From Thermoanaerobaculia bacterium (GTDB taxonomy: Bacteria > Acidobacteriota > Thermoanaerobaculia > Gp7-AA8), in assembly GCA_036009105.1 (NCBI GenBank), contig DASYMJ010000009.1:1239-65238 (forward strand): a DNA stretch of 64,000 nt, written 5' to 3'. The notes under the pieces were generated by a model. It saw only the letters and a program-made list of their open reading frames with translations. It ran no database searches and was not told where the DNA came from. This document shows positions 52,456-61,951 of the stretch, piece by piece. Each line of letters opens with the position of its first letter. Within the stretch, counting starts at the first letter, position 1. The position numbers and the translations under genes are program-made.

Positions 52456-53298
52456 ATGCTTCGACGCGCATTGCTGTTGTTGATGATGGCGTTGCCCGCG
52501 CTCGCCCAGAAGCTGCCCGAGGGCGTGATCCTGATCAAAGGCGCCGAGCCGAGCGCCAGCGATACGAAGACGCCACTTCCCGAAAGGGGCGCCGTGGCCG
52601 GCCGCATCTATCGCAACGACTACTTCGGCCTGACCTGGACCCTCCCCGCCGGCTGGACCCAGCAGAACGAAGGTCCGCCCCCTTCGGACCATGGCAACTA
52701 CGTGCTGGCCCAGTTCGGCCAGGAAGGGCACGGCACGCTGCTGATCACGGCGCAGGATCTCTTCTTCGCGCTGACGCCGCCGCGCAACGCGATCGAGCTG
52801 GTGAAGTACAGCAAGGACAACCTCCAGCCGTACTACACGGTCGAGCGCGAGCCGTCCGAGGTGCGCATCGGCGGCCGCGCGTTCGGCCGCTTCGAATACG
52901 GTTCGGCCGCGGCGCAGCTGCACTGGGCCGTGCTCGCCACGCGGGTGCGCTGCCACCTGCTGCAGTTCATGATCACCACGCGCGATCCGAAGCTGCTGGC
53001 CAGCCTGATCTCCGATCTCGACGGGATGAAGATCGCGGACGCCGACGCGCCGCAATGCGCCGCCGACTATGCCGCGCTGTCGCATGTCGAGCCGAGGCTG
53101 TACGACCACCGGTTCAACCCGATCCCCGCGCGCGTGATCGTCGGCAAGGACGGGAAGGTCAAGCACGTGCACGTGATCAGCGCGTTCCCCGACCAGGCGC
53201 GCAACATCACCGAGGCGGTGATGCAGTGGCAGTTCAAACCGGCGGAGACGGAGATGGAGACGGGGATGTGGTTCGGAGCTAAGCCGGGCGCGCAATGA
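52456..53298 (+). CDS. secreted protein with TonB C-terminal-like domain
   Basis: ORF track 280 aa. Signal MLRRALLLLMMALPALAQ. C-terminus GKDGKVKHVHVISAFPDQARNITEAVMQWQFKP is TonB_C-like. Confidence 0.5.
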   Translation: MLRRALLLLMMALPALAQKLPEGVILIKGAEPSASDTKTPLPERGAVAGRIYRNDYFGLTWTLPAGWTQQNEGPPPSDHGNYVLAQFGQEGHGTLLITAQDLFFALTPPRNAIELVKYSKDNLQPYYTVEREPSEVRIGGRAFGRFEYGSAAAQLHWAVLATRVRCHLLQFMITTRDPKLLASLISDLDGMKIADADAPQCAADYAALSHVEPRLYDHRFNPIPARVIVGKDGKVKHVHVISAFPDQARNITEAVMQWQFKPAETEMETGMWFGAKPGAQ

Positions 53299-53515
53299 GC
53301 GGCACGATGACCACTTCGCCGTTCGACTGGGTGACCAGCCGGAAGATCGACGTGTCGCTCACATCGGCCAGCTTCGCCTCGGAGCCGCACTTGCGGCAGG
53401 CGCCCGTGGCCGGCTCGGTGCCGAGCGGCACGAAGTGGAACCGCTCCCCGCGGCAACGGCTGCACAGCTCCCGCAGGACGTCGTAGTTGATGAGGGACAG
53501 GCGCTCGCGCATCAT
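53279..53515 (-). CDS. small zinc-ribbon protein (CxxC...CxxC)
   Basis: ORF track 78 aa. CSRCRGERF ... CRKCGSEA. Convergent 20-nt overlap with the upstream gene. Confidence 0.4.
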   Translation of the reverse strand: MMRERLSLINYDVLRELCSRCRGERFHFVPLGTEPATGACRKCGSEAKLADVSDTSIFRLVTQSNGEVVIVPLIARPA

Positions 53516-53524
53516 CGGCGCACT

Positions 53525-54391
53525 CTAGTCGAGGGCAGGAACGGGCTTTGTGACCGGCGTCACGAGGCGGGCCACCACCAGACCGAGGACCGCCGAGGCC
53601 ACCACGTCCGACGTCCAGTGCCGGAAGGCGAGGATGCGGGAGAGACCGACCGCCGCGGCAAGCAGCAGCGCGACGATGCGCAAGGTGCGCGACGGCGAGG
53701 CGAAGACGAGCACACCGGCCAGCGCGAACGCGCCGACGGTGTGGCCGCTGGGGAACGACGTCGCGGAGGGGCCGGCGCGGTGGAAAGGGCCGAGCCAGAG
53801 CTCGGGGCGGGTGCGGCCGACGAGCGCCTTCACGATCTGGGCGAGCAGCCCCGCGCCGAGGCCGGCCAAGGCCATGGCCATGGCATACGAGGTCCAGCGG
53901 CGGTGGCGGTAGACGACGCCGGCGATGAGGAAGAAGAAGACGAGCAGCGCCGGGTTCATGCCGCCGCCGAGACGGTTCGCGATGCGGATGGCGTCTTCGA
54001 TGGTGTCGGATTGGATGCGCTCCGCCCAGGCGGTGACCGCCGCGTCCGCGAAGATCCAGATGATGGCCACCAGCGCGGCACCGATCATCAGGGCGACGGC
54101 GGCGGCACGCACGTGCGAGAAGCGCGAGGCGCGGAGCTGCTGCCACGGTTCGCGGAAGTCGCGGCCCTCGCCGCTCTGCAAGAGGGCGATGAGGAAGAGG
54201 CCGGCCAGGCACCAGAAAGCGATGTCCCACGAGGGCGCCTCGCGGCCGAGGAAGGAGAGCTCGTCCACGGCGAGGTCGGCGTTGCAGCAGAGGCGGTTGA
54301 TGGAGACGAGGGGCGAGGGCCACCAGACGGAGAGGAGCAGCAGGGCCACGAAGGCGATGGCGGCGATGCGGCGCTTAGCGTCGGTAGACAT
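53525..54391 (-). CDS. PAP2 family phosphatase (membrane)
   Basis: ORF track 288 aa. KALVGRTRP, PSGHT and SRILAFRHWTSDV (PAP2 motifs 1-3). Confidence 0.8.
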   Translation of the reverse strand: MSTDAKRRIAAIAFVALLLLSVWWPSPLVSINRLCCNADLAVDELSFLGREAPSWDIAFWCLAGLFLIALLQSGEGRDFREPWQQLRASRFSHVRAAAVALMIGAALVAIIWIFADAAVTAWAERIQSDTIEDAIRIANRLGGGMNPALLVFFFLIAGVVYRHRRWTSYAMAMALAGLGAGLLAQIVKALVGRTRPELWLGPFHRAGPSATSFPSGHTVGAFALAGVLVFASPSRTLRIVALLLAAAVGLSRILAFRHWTSDVVASAVLGLVVARLVTPVTKPVPALD

Positions 54392-55895
54392 CGAACCACT
54401 TTCCGATCATCCGCACCTCGTCCACCTTGCGATAGCCGCGCAGGTCGATGTTCGCCGCGTACTTGCGCGCGGTGACGATCACCGTCGGGTCGCCCTTCCG
54501 CTCGTATTGCACCCGCTCCAGCTCGCGCGGCATGTCCCGGGTGAAGAGGTAGGGCGAAGTGTAGAGCCAGATCTGTTCGGCGGGGACGCGCTGGCGGACG
54601 ACCGCCTCGACCAGCGGCTTCGTGCTGGCCATGGCATTCGCTTCGTTGATGAGGGCCGTTGCCGCGAACACGAGTGCCGCGATGGGGGTCAGTCCGACCG
54701 CTAACGTGGAAGCGATCGGCGAACGGCGGGCGGCGAGCAGACCGGCCGCCATGCCGCCGATGATGAAGATGGCGAACAGGATCTTCACCGCCACCAGCCG
54801 CATCAGCGCATCCTCGGGCGGCTTGATTTTGAGGAACGGGCCGGCGAGGCCGATGGCGATGAACACGATGCTCATCGCGACGTTCGCCATGCGCGTGAAG
54901 CGGCCCTCCAGCGAGTGGGCAATCAGCAATGCCACGGGCGGGATGAGCGCCATCATGTAGACATCGAGCTTGCTGGCCAAAAGCGAGTACGGGATGAGCA
55001 CGGCCAGGATCCAGTTCAGCTCGAAGCGGCGCTCGCGCCAGCGCGTGGCGATCGCGGCCACGGCGAGGAGGAACCAGGGAAAGAGGAAGGCGGGCGAGCG
55101 GAGGAGGTAGAACCAGGGCGGCGCGTTGTGGGTCCAGGTGCTGACCGCGCGCCCGACGGTCTGCTTCATCAGGACGTCGTGCGCGTAGGCGTCGCCGCCG
55201 ATGGAGAGCGCGGGGATGAGCCACAGCAGCGGAATGACGATCAGCGCCGCGAGCGCGGGCAGGTAGTTGCCGCGCGGCACACGCCGCCTTCGCCACCACT
55301 CCAGCGCGAAGAGAAGCAGCGCGATGACCGGCGCCATCGGCCCTTTGATCAGCGTCGCCACGGCCAGCGCCAGCGCGGCGCCGAGGAGCGCGCGGAAGTC
55401 GTCGCGGTCGAAGAAGCGCTGCAGCAGCCACGCGGCGAGGGTGATGAAGGCGGTGAACGAGACGTCCATCCGCGCCGTTTGCGCGGAGCCCCAGATGAGG
55501 AGGGAGGTGCCGCAGATGAAGGCGGCGATGCCCCTCACCCGGCCTTCGGCCACCCTCTCCCCGCCCGGCGGGGAGGGTGGCTGGGGGTGAGGGGCGTCCA
55601 TCCTCCACATCAGCCAGAGCAGGAAGGCGTACCCGAGCAGGGAAGGGATCACGAACGCCCAGGTGGAGTAGAGGCCGAAGAGGTACGTGAGCAGATCGAT
55701 GAGCCAGAAGTGGACGGGCGGTTTGTGCGTGAACGGCGTGCCGTTCAGGGTGGGGAGAAAGAACGCGCCGGTGGTACGCATCTCGCGTACGACCTGGCCA
55801 TACTTCGTCTCGTCGCCGACGAAGAGCTCGCGGCGCCACGGCGAGGCGACGACGGAGAGGAGGAGAACGGCGCCGAGGAGGCGCGCCCGCGGCAT
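54375..55895 (-). CDS. GT-C glycosyltransferase family 39/83 (ArnT/PMT-like)
   Basis: ORF 54375..55931. FVGDETKYGQVVREM ... PFTHKPPVHFW is characteristic. Multiple TM segments. Start at 55895 (MPRARLL) or 55931. Confidence 0.8.
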   Translation of the reverse strand: MPRARLLGAVLLLSVVASPWRRELFVGDETKYGQVVREMRTTGAFFLPTLNGTPFTHKPPVHFWLIDLLTYLFGLYSTWAFVIPSLLGYAFLLWLMWRMDAPHPQPPSPPGGERVAEGRVRGIAAFICGTSLLIWGSAQTARMDVSFTAFITLAAWLLQRFFDRDDFRALLGAALALAVATLIKGPMAPVIALLLFALEWWRRRRVPRGNYLPALAALIVIPLLWLIPALSIGGDAYAHDVLMKQTVGRAVSTWTHNAPPWFYLLRSPAFLFPWFLLAVAAIATRWRERRFELNWILAVLIPYSLLASKLDVYMMALIPPVALLIAHSLEGRFTRMANVAMSIVFIAIGLAGPFLKIKPPEDALMRLVAVKILFAIFIIGGMAAGLLAARRSPIASTLAVGLTPIAALVFAATALINEANAMASTKPLVEAVVRQRVPAEQIWLYTSPYLFTRDMPRELERVQYERKGDPTVIVTARKYAANIDLRGYRKVDEVRMIGKWFDVYRR

Positions 55896-56026
55896 GGGCG
55901 GGGATTGTAAACCAGCCTCAACTCTTTCCATTTTATGAATTTAGGCGTTTGCGCGGATGTTGAGCCCGGACGCGGGGGGAGTGATAAAATTATGCTCGCG
56001 AATGGTACTTCGAAGGAGGGAAATCG

Positions 56027-56257
56027 ATGTCGAATCGTACCGGCGATATTCAACAGGTTCTCAGTCAGGAAGACCCCGAGTTCCGTCAGTGGATCGAAGA
56101 ACATCATCAATGTGAACATCGCCTCATCGAGCTCGCGGCGAAAAAAGAAGTGACCACGGACGAAGAGCTCGAAGAGAAAACGTTGAAGAAGCGCAAACTC
56201 CATTTGAAGGATCAGATGGCGGCCCGTATCCGGTCCTACGAGGGCGCCACCGTTTAG
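56027..56257 (+). CDS. DUF465 (YdcH-like) small protein
   Basis: ORF track 76 aa. HRLIELAAKKEVTTDEELEEKTLKKRKLHLKDQ. SD GAAGGAGGG. Gene and upstream region AT-rich (~52% GC). Confidence 0.7.
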   Translation: MSNRTGDIQQVLSQEDPEFRQWIEEHHQCEHRLIELAAKKEVTTDEELEEKTLKKRKLHLKDQMAARIRSYEGATV

Positions 56258-56295
56258 CGCTCGGCGATCAGCAATCAGCGATCAGGGCTCCGTGA

Positions 56296-56355
56296 GAACG
56301 GGGCCCTTCGTGTTTCCCCGTTCCTCGTTCATCTTTCCTCGTTCATCGTTTTTGC
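56296..56355 (+). terminator. hairpin GAACGGGG...CCCCGTTC followed by T-rich tract
   Basis: Seen directly downstream of the DUF465 gene. Contains a direct repeat TCCTCGTTCATC x2. Confidence 0.45.
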
Positions 56356-56389
56356 AATAACATCCGGCGACGATGCCGAGAGTGTTTGC

Positions 56390-57196
56390 ATGAAGCGCCC
56401 GGGCGCGCTCCGCTCCAACCTCCGCCGCGGCGTCTACATCATCCCGACGTCGCTCACCGTCCTCAACCTCTTCTTCGGCTTCCGCTGCATCATCAACGCC
56501 ACGCGCGGCCTGCAGGCCATCACCCAGAACCGCGCCGATCTGGCCAGCCACTTCTTCGAGGTCGCCTGCATCTCCCTGCTCGTGGCCGCCATCTTCGACA
56601 CCTTCGACGGCCTCATCGCCCGCGCCTTGGGCGCCACCAGCGAGTTCGGCAAGGAGTACGACTCGCTGGCGGACGTCGTCACCTTCGGCGCCGCCCCGGC
56701 CGTCCTCGTCTACGCCTGGTCCCTGCACACCCTGGGCAACCTCGGCGGCGGCATCGCGTTTCTCTTCCTCACCGCCGTCTCCCTCCGCCTGGCCCGCTTC
56801 AACATCATGACCGGCAAGACCGACTACCGCTATTTCGTCGGCCTCCCCAGCCCGGCCGGCGCGCTGACCATCGCCGCGATCATCAATTACGCGCCGTCGC
56901 CCGTGACCGACAAACGCTTCGCCCTCGTGATGATCATCGTCACCGCGTGCGTGGCGTTCTCCATGGTGGCCCCCGTCCGCTACCGCAGCCAGAAGGGGAT
57001 CAACATGCAGAAGGAGCGGCCGCTGGTCGCCATCCTGGTGCTGGCCCTCATCGCCGCCATCGGCTTCGCCTGGCCGAAGGAGCTCGCCCTCCTCGCCGCC
57101 ATCCTCTATCTGACCTCCGGCCCGCTCATGCGCCTCTGGTCGATCGCCTTCCCGGCGCACAAGGAAGAGGAGCTGAAGCCGGTGGAAGTGCCTTGA
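56390..57196 (+). CDS. pssA: CDP-diacylglycerol--serine O-phosphatidyltransferase (CDP-alcohol phosphatidyltransferase family)
   Basis: ORF track 268 aa. DTFDGLIARALGATSEFGKEYDSLADVVTFG is the D(x)2DG(x)2AR...G(x)3D(x)3D motif. Confidence 0.85.
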   Translation: MKRPGALRSNLRRGVYIIPTSLTVLNLFFGFRCIINATRGLQAITQNRADLASHFFEVACISLLVAAIFDTFDGLIARALGATSEFGKEYDSLADVVTFGAAPAVLVYAWSLHTLGNLGGGIAFLFLTAVSLRLARFNIMTGKTDYRYFVGLPSPAGALTIAAIINYAPSPVTDKRFALVMIIVTACVAFSMVAPVRYRSQKGINMQKERPLVAILVLALIAAIGFAWPKELALLAAILYLTSGPLMRLWSIAFPAHKEEELKPVEVP

Positions 57197-57198
57197 AG

Positions 57199-57282
57199 GC
57201 AGTTGCTGGTTGCTGGTTGTTGGTCCGAGGCGCTTGTCGGATTTGCGGCGCGTCGTACTCGTAACCAGCAACCAGTAACTGC
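57199..57282. repeat. REP-like palindrome family 2 (CAGTTGCTGGTTGCTGGTTG ... AACCAGCAACCAGTAACTGC) between convergent genes
   Basis: Seen directly. Related in unit structure to family 1 (GTTGTCG versus GTTGCTG). Confidence 0.65.
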
Positions 57283-57287
57283 TCCGG

Positions 57288-58382
57288 TCAATGCACGAAC
57301 TTGCGCCGGTTGCGGATGTAGTCCGCCAGGATGTACTCCCCCAGCCTGTCCGGTGACGAGTAGAAGGCCCGCCCGCGGTTGATCTGCGAGAGCTGCTCCA
57401 CGAAGTTCACCAGCATGGGATCCGTGGCCAGCATGAAGGTGGTGATGGGGATGCCGGAGCGGCGGCAGCGGTCGGCCTCCTCCAGGGTCCGGTTCACGAT
57501 CTTCATGTCCAGGCCGAACGAGTTCGTGTAGAGCCGCCCTCCCTCGTTCAGGGCGGACGGCTTGCCGTCCGTGATCATGAAGATCTGCTTGTTGTTGTGC
57601 TTGCGCCGCCGCAGGATGCGCTGCGCCAGCTCGAGGCCCGCCTTCGTGTTGGTGTGATACGGCCCCACCTTCACGTACGGAATCTCGCTGATCGGAACCT
57701 CCACCGCCTCGTCGCCGAAGAGGAGCACATCGATGGAGTCCTTGGGGTACTTGGTCAGCACCAGCTCCGTCAGCGCCAGGGCGACCTTCTTGGCCGGCGT
57801 GATGCGATCCTCGCCGTAGAGGATCATCGAATGGGAGATGTCGATCATGACCACGGTGGCGCAGCCGGAGTTGTGCTCGGTCTCGAAGACTTCCAGGTCG
57901 TCCTCGACGATGCTGATCCGGCCGGCCGGGTCGTTGTGCTTCATCGCGTTCTGCAGCGAGCGGACGGAGTCGATGGACATCGGGTCGTCGCCGAACTGGT
58001 ACTGGCGCGTCTCGGTGAGCCGCTCCGTCCCCTGCCCCGGGTTCGGCACGGAGTGATAGCCGGCGGCCGATTTCTTCAGCCCGCCGAAGATCTCGTCCAG
58101 CGCGTCCCGCCGGATCTGCCGCTCGCCGCCCGCCGCCAGCGTCAGGTTCCCCTCCCCATCCTGCCCGATGATCTGCTCCTCGGTGAGCTGGGCGAAGAAG
58201 GCCTCCAGGTCGATGTTCTCGTCGATCAGGCCGCGCTGCTGGAGCATGCGCATCCAGCGCATCGCCTCTTCCACGTCGCCGCCGCTTTGCAGCAGGAGGT
58301 GGTTGAACAGGCGGCGCAGGCCCATCTCCGCCAGCATCTGGCGGATGAGTTCGGGGTCGAGCCAGGAGTAGCGGTGGCGCAT
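57288..58382 (-). CDS. vWA domain protein (partner of MoxR/ChlI-like AAA+ ATPase)
   Basis: ORF track 364 aa. VMIDISHSM ... IFMITDGKPS vWA/MIDAS. Confidence 0.8.
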   Translation of the reverse strand: MRHRYSWLDPELIRQMLAEMGLRRLFNHLLLQSGGDVEEAMRWMRMLQQRGLIDENIDLEAFFAQLTEEQIIGQDGEGNLTLAAGGERQIRRDALDEIFGGLKKSAAGYHSVPNPGQGTERLTETRQYQFGDDPMSIDSVRSLQNAMKHNDPAGRISIVEDDLEVFETEHNSGCATVVMIDISHSMILYGEDRITPAKKVALALTELVLTKYPKDSIDVLLFGDEAVEVPISEIPYVKVGPYHTNTKAGLELAQRILRRRKHNNKQIFMITDGKPSALNEGGRLYTNSFGLDMKIVNRTLEEADRCRRSGIPITTFMLATDPMLVNFVEQLSQINRGRAFYSSPDRLGEYILADYIRNRRKFVH

Positions 58383-58384
58383 CG

Positions 58385-58810
58385 CTATTGCGAACGCTGG
58401 CGCTTCAGCTTTTCAATCCACTTGGCGATGGACGGGTTGTTGGGGAGCTGCTCGCGCGCCTCTTCCAGCGAGGTCATCGCATCGACCTCCCGGCCGATCA
58501 CCATCAGCACCTGCACGCGCAGCTCGATGAGGGCCTGATAGAGCGTGAAGTCGGTGGCCTTCTGGTTGCGCAGCAGCGACAGCGCGCGGTCGATGAACTT
58601 GAGCGCCACCTCCGGCTTCGATTCGTTCAGCGCGTCGGCCGCGAAGCGATGCAGCATGCGCGGCGAGTCGCCGAGGAACGACTTGGCGTCGATGAACTGG
58701 GCGAGGGCTTCGCGGACGACGGTCTCCTGATCGGGGAACCAGCCGTCGCGGATGATCCGGTCGATCTGCCGGGCCAGCTCGTGCGGGATCTCGGTGGCGA
58801 CTTTGGGCAT
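58385..58810 (-). CDS. hypothetical protein (141 aa) between AAA+ and vWA genes
   Basis: ORF track. Helical protein with no recognised domain. Confidence 0.45.
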   Translation of the reverse strand: MPKVATEIPHELARQIDRIIRDGWFPDQETVVREALAQFIDAKSFLGDSPRMLHRFAADALNESKPEVALKFIDRALSLLRNQKATDFTLYQALIELRVQVLMVIGREVDAMTSLEEAREQLPNNPSIAKWIEKLKRQRSQ

Positions 58811-58855
58811 TTTGTGGCGTCATTCTATCGCTGCGCAAGGGCGGACCGGTTGCAA

Positions 58856-60442
58856 CTACTTCACCGTCCTCAACACATTGAACTTCATCAGTTCCTGGAA
58901 CGTGATGGTCGAGTCGAGGTCCTCCCGGGAGAGGCGCAGCGACTGGTGCATGGCCTCCAGGATCATCTCCATCCAGAGGGCCAGCTCCTCGTCGCGCGAG
59001 GCCTGCACGTACTTGCGGGCGGTCTCGGCCAGCTTCGGCACGCGGTTCAGCTCGCGGAAGTATTCGGCGAACGGCTGCTCGTCGGAGAGCGTGATCTTGT
59101 TCCCTTCCACGAACCAGGCGAGGATCGACTCGTAGGCCGGGTCGCCTTTCGGCGCGTTGCCGCCCCGAGGCTCTTCCTCGCGCTTCGGCTGCTTGCGCTG
59201 CTTGCGGCCGGCGAACATGTCTTCCAGATCGTCCTGCTCCATCTCGCCGTAGCCGCGGCGGTCGCGGTCGCGCCCCGTCGTGCCGGCGCGCTCGACCGGC
59301 GGCAGCTTCGACTCGAACAGCTTCGCCACCGCCTGCCCGATCAGCTTCCTGGCCACCACCTCGGCGCCCTGTTGCTCGCCCTCGTACACCATCTCCACCT
59401 TGCCGGTGATGGCGGGCAGGAGCATGGAGAGGTCGGAGAGGCGGGGGAAGATGAAGCGCTCGCCGGTCAGCGCGGCGCGGCGCTCCAGGTTCGACTGCAG
59501 GAGCTCCATCGCGGCGATGGTCAGGCGCGCGGAGACGCCGGAGGATTGGTCGACCAGCTCCGAGCCGCGGGCGACGAAGGCGATGTTCTCGACCAGGTCG
59601 CGCAGATACGGCGGGATCTCGATGGTGGCGCGGTTCTCCCGGTCGGTCCACGCCTCCTGGTCGGTGATGCGGCGCGCGGTCTCGATCTGCTGCGGATAGT
59701 GCGTCAGGATCTGCGAGTCGATGCGGTCCTTGAGCGGCGTGATGATGTTGCCGCGGCTGGTGTAGTCCTCCGGGTTCGCGCTGAAGACGAGGACGACGTC
59801 CATGGGGATGCGCACCGGGAAGCCGCGGATCTGCAGGTCGCGCTCTTCGAGGATGTTCAGCAGCGCCACCTGGATGCGCGGCGCGAGGTCGGGCAGCTCG
59901 TTGATGGCGAAGATGCCGCGGTTCGTGCGGGGGATGATGCCGTAGTGGATGACTTCTTCATCCGCGTAGGTGAGCCGCTGGTTCGCGGCCTTGATCGGGT
60001 CGATGTCGCCGACGAGGTCTGCCACGGTCACGTCCGGCGTGGCCAGCTTCTCGCGGTAGCGCTCCTCGCGATGCAGCCAGGCCACCGGCAGCTCATCGCC
60101 CTTTTCGGCGGCGAGGCGGCGGCAGCGCTTGCAGGTCGGCTCGAGCGGCGAGTCGTTGATCTCGCAGCCTTCGATGACCGGCACCTTCTCGTCGAGCAGG
60201 GCGGTGAGGGAGCGGAGGATGCGCGTCTTGGCCTGGCCGCGGAGGCCGAGGAGGATGATGTCGTGGCGGGAGAGGACGGCGTTGTGGATGGCCGGAATGA
60301 CGGTGCGCTCGTAGCCGTGGATGCCGGGGAAGGTCGTTTCGCGGCGCGCGATCTTCTCGAGGAGGTTGGCGCGCATTTCGTCTTTGACGGAGCGGATGCG
60401 GTAGCCGGAGGCGCGCAGCTCGCCGAGGGTGTGGATGTTCAT
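58856..60442 (-). CDS. MoxR / Mg-chelatase ChlI-like AAA+ ATPase
   Basis: ORF track 528 aa. Walker A LLGLRGQAKT. Walker B/sensor region IFAINELPDLAPRIQVALLNILEE. Overlaps pth stop at 60439-60442. Confidence 0.75.
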   Translation of the reverse strand: MNIHTLGELRASGYRIRSVKDEMRANLLEKIARRETTFPGIHGYERTVIPAIHNAVLSRHDIILLGLRGQAKTRILRSLTALLDEKVPVIEGCEINDSPLEPTCKRCRRLAAEKGDELPVAWLHREERYREKLATPDVTVADLVGDIDPIKAANQRLTYADEEVIHYGIIPRTNRGIFAINELPDLAPRIQVALLNILEERDLQIRGFPVRIPMDVVLVFSANPEDYTSRGNIITPLKDRIDSQILTHYPQQIETARRITDQEAWTDRENRATIEIPPYLRDLVENIAFVARGSELVDQSSGVSARLTIAAMELLQSNLERRAALTGERFIFPRLSDLSMLLPAITGKVEMVYEGEQQGAEVVARKLIGQAVAKLFESKLPPVERAGTTGRDRDRRGYGEMEQDDLEDMFAGRKQRKQPKREEEPRGGNAPKGDPAYESILAWFVEGNKITLSDEQPFAEYFRELNRVPKLAETARKYVQASRDEELALWMEMILEAMHQSLRLSREDLDSTITFQELMKFNVLRTVK

Positions 60443-61026
60443 GTTCTGGGGTCTTCCTGTGGGTCGCGATTGAAATCGTTCATCGCCCGCTTGAGGTCGC
60501 CGCGGGCGAAGAGAAGGAGGGCGTCGACGCTGCGCTCGATGCCGCGGCCGACCAGCGGCAGCTCGTCTTCGGCAAAGGGATCGAGGACGTAGTCGCGCAG
60601 GCGGCTGTCGGTGTAGGTCTCACCACGCACGCCGAATCGTAAGCGCGCGAAGCGCTCGCTCGCAAGCGAGCTCACGATGGAGCGCATCCCGTTGTGCGTC
60701 CCGGCCGACCCGTTCGGCCGGATCCGCAACTTGCCGAGCGGCAGGTCGATCTCATCAAAGACGACGAGGAGGTCGTCGGTGCTCTCCAGGTACGCATTGG
60801 CGAGCAGCTTCACCGCGTCCCCGGAGGCGTTCATGTAGGTGAGCGGCTTGGCGATGATGACGCTCCCCCCCGCCACCCGCCCCTCGCCGGTCATGGCGTT
60901 CTTCTGATGATGGTCGAGGTCGATGCGGAACTTCTTCGCAAACGCATCGACCACCATCCACCCGACGTTGTGCCGCGTGGCGGCGTATTCGCGCCCCGGA
61001 TTGCCCAATCCCACGATCAACTTCAT
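60439..61026 (-). CDS. pth: peptidyl-tRNA hydrolase
   Basis: ORF track 195 aa. MKLIVGLGNPGREYAATRHNVGW ... GTHNGMRS. Confidence 0.9.
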   Translation of the reverse strand: MKLIVGLGNPGREYAATRHNVGWMVVDAFAKKFRIDLDHHQKNAMTGEGRVAGGSVIIAKPLTYMNASGDAVKLLANAYLESTDDLLVVFDEIDLPLGKLRIRPNGSAGTHNGMRSIVSSLASERFARLRFGVRGETYTDSRLRDYVLDPFAEDELPLVGRGIERSVDALLLFARGDLKRAMNDFNRDPQEDPRT

Positions 61027-61053
61027 GCGAGGGCGAAGGGTACAATGCCGCCC

Positions 61054-61374
61054 ATGCCCGCGCTACCGGACGTGATCACGGAGAACATGGAGGAGATCCG
61101 CGCGCTGTGCGTGAAGCACGGCGTGAAGCGCCTCGCGGTTTTCGGGTCGGCGGTGAAGGGGACGTTCGATCCGGAGCGAAGCGATCTCGATTTCGTGGTG
61201 GAACTGGAATCGCCCGACCCGCTCGAACGCGGCCGCCGCTACCTCGAGTTCTGGGACTCGCTGGAAGCTCTCCTGGGCCGGCGCGTCGATCTCGTTACCG
61301 GGTCGAAGATTCGCAACCCCTATTTCCGTGAGTCGATCGCCGCGGCTCACCTCGATCTCTATGCCGCCGCTTGA
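61054..61374 (+). CDS. MNT-type nucleotidyltransferase (type II TA antitoxin-like), copy 1
   Basis: MPALPDVITENMEEIRALCVKHGVKRLAVFGSAVKG..DPERSDLDFVVE. Start conserved with copy 2 at 61632. Confidence 0.65.
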   Translation: MPALPDVITENMEEIRALCVKHGVKRLAVFGSAVKGTFDPERSDLDFVVELESPDPLERGRRYLEFWDSLEALLGRRVDLVTGSKIRNPYFRESIAAAHLDLYAAA

Positions 61375-61621
61375 AGTTCGGAAGCTGCTCTGGGACGTCA
61401 TCGACTACGCCAGCTACATCGAAGAAGCGATCGCCGGCCGAACCGCGGATGACTACGAGACCGATCGCAACCTGAGGTTCTCTGTCTTCTACGCGCTGCA
61501 AACCGGCTCGTGCATGGCTATGGCGCAATCGACCCGGACATCGTCTGGCGCATCATCCACACCCACCTCCCCCTCCTCCTCCGCGAAGTCCGCGCCCTGC
61601 TCGGCGATGATGACGGCGTAA
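61361..61621 (+). pseudogene. HepT (DUF86) toxin remnant, copy 1: internal deletion/frameshift
   Basis: MPPLEVRKLLWDVIDYASYIEEAI... In another frame, RAANRLVHGYGAIDPDIVWRIIHTHLPLLLREVRALL (HepT C-terminus). The central RLEIIGEA...PW segment is missing. Confidence 0.55.
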
Positions 61622-61631
61622 AATAGCGCCC

Positions 61632-61951
61632 ATGCCCGCGCTACCGGACGTGATCACGGAGAACATGGAGCAGATCCGGCGCCTCTGCCGCGAGTACCAC
61701 GTGACGAAGCTGACCGTGTTCGGATCCGCCGCGCAGGGGATGTTCGATCCGGAAACGAGCGACCTCGATTTTTGGTGGCGTTCGAGTGGGATGACGATCC
61801 GCTGGTAACGGGCCGCCGGTACAACGAATTGTGGAGCAAACTGCTGGATCTTTTCGACCGGCACGGCGATCTAATTGAAGTGACGACGATCAAAAATTCC
61901 TACCTGGCTGACGCAATCGACGAGACGCAGCAACTGCTTTATGCAGCGTGA
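61632..61951 (+). pseudogene. MNT nucleotidyltransferase copy 2 with +1 frameshift at a T-run
   Basis: MPALPDVITENMEQIRRLCREYHVTKLTVFGSAAQGMFDPETSDLD. Frameshift at GATTTTT. Then FLVAFEWDDDPLVTGRRYNELWSKLLDLFDRHGDLIEV... Confidence 0.55.

Noticed and set aside
61054-61951. Calling the frameshifted MNT copy 2 intact via programmed frameshifting
   Set aside because: Simple T-run slippage or a sequencing error is more parsimonious. Annotated as pseudogene.
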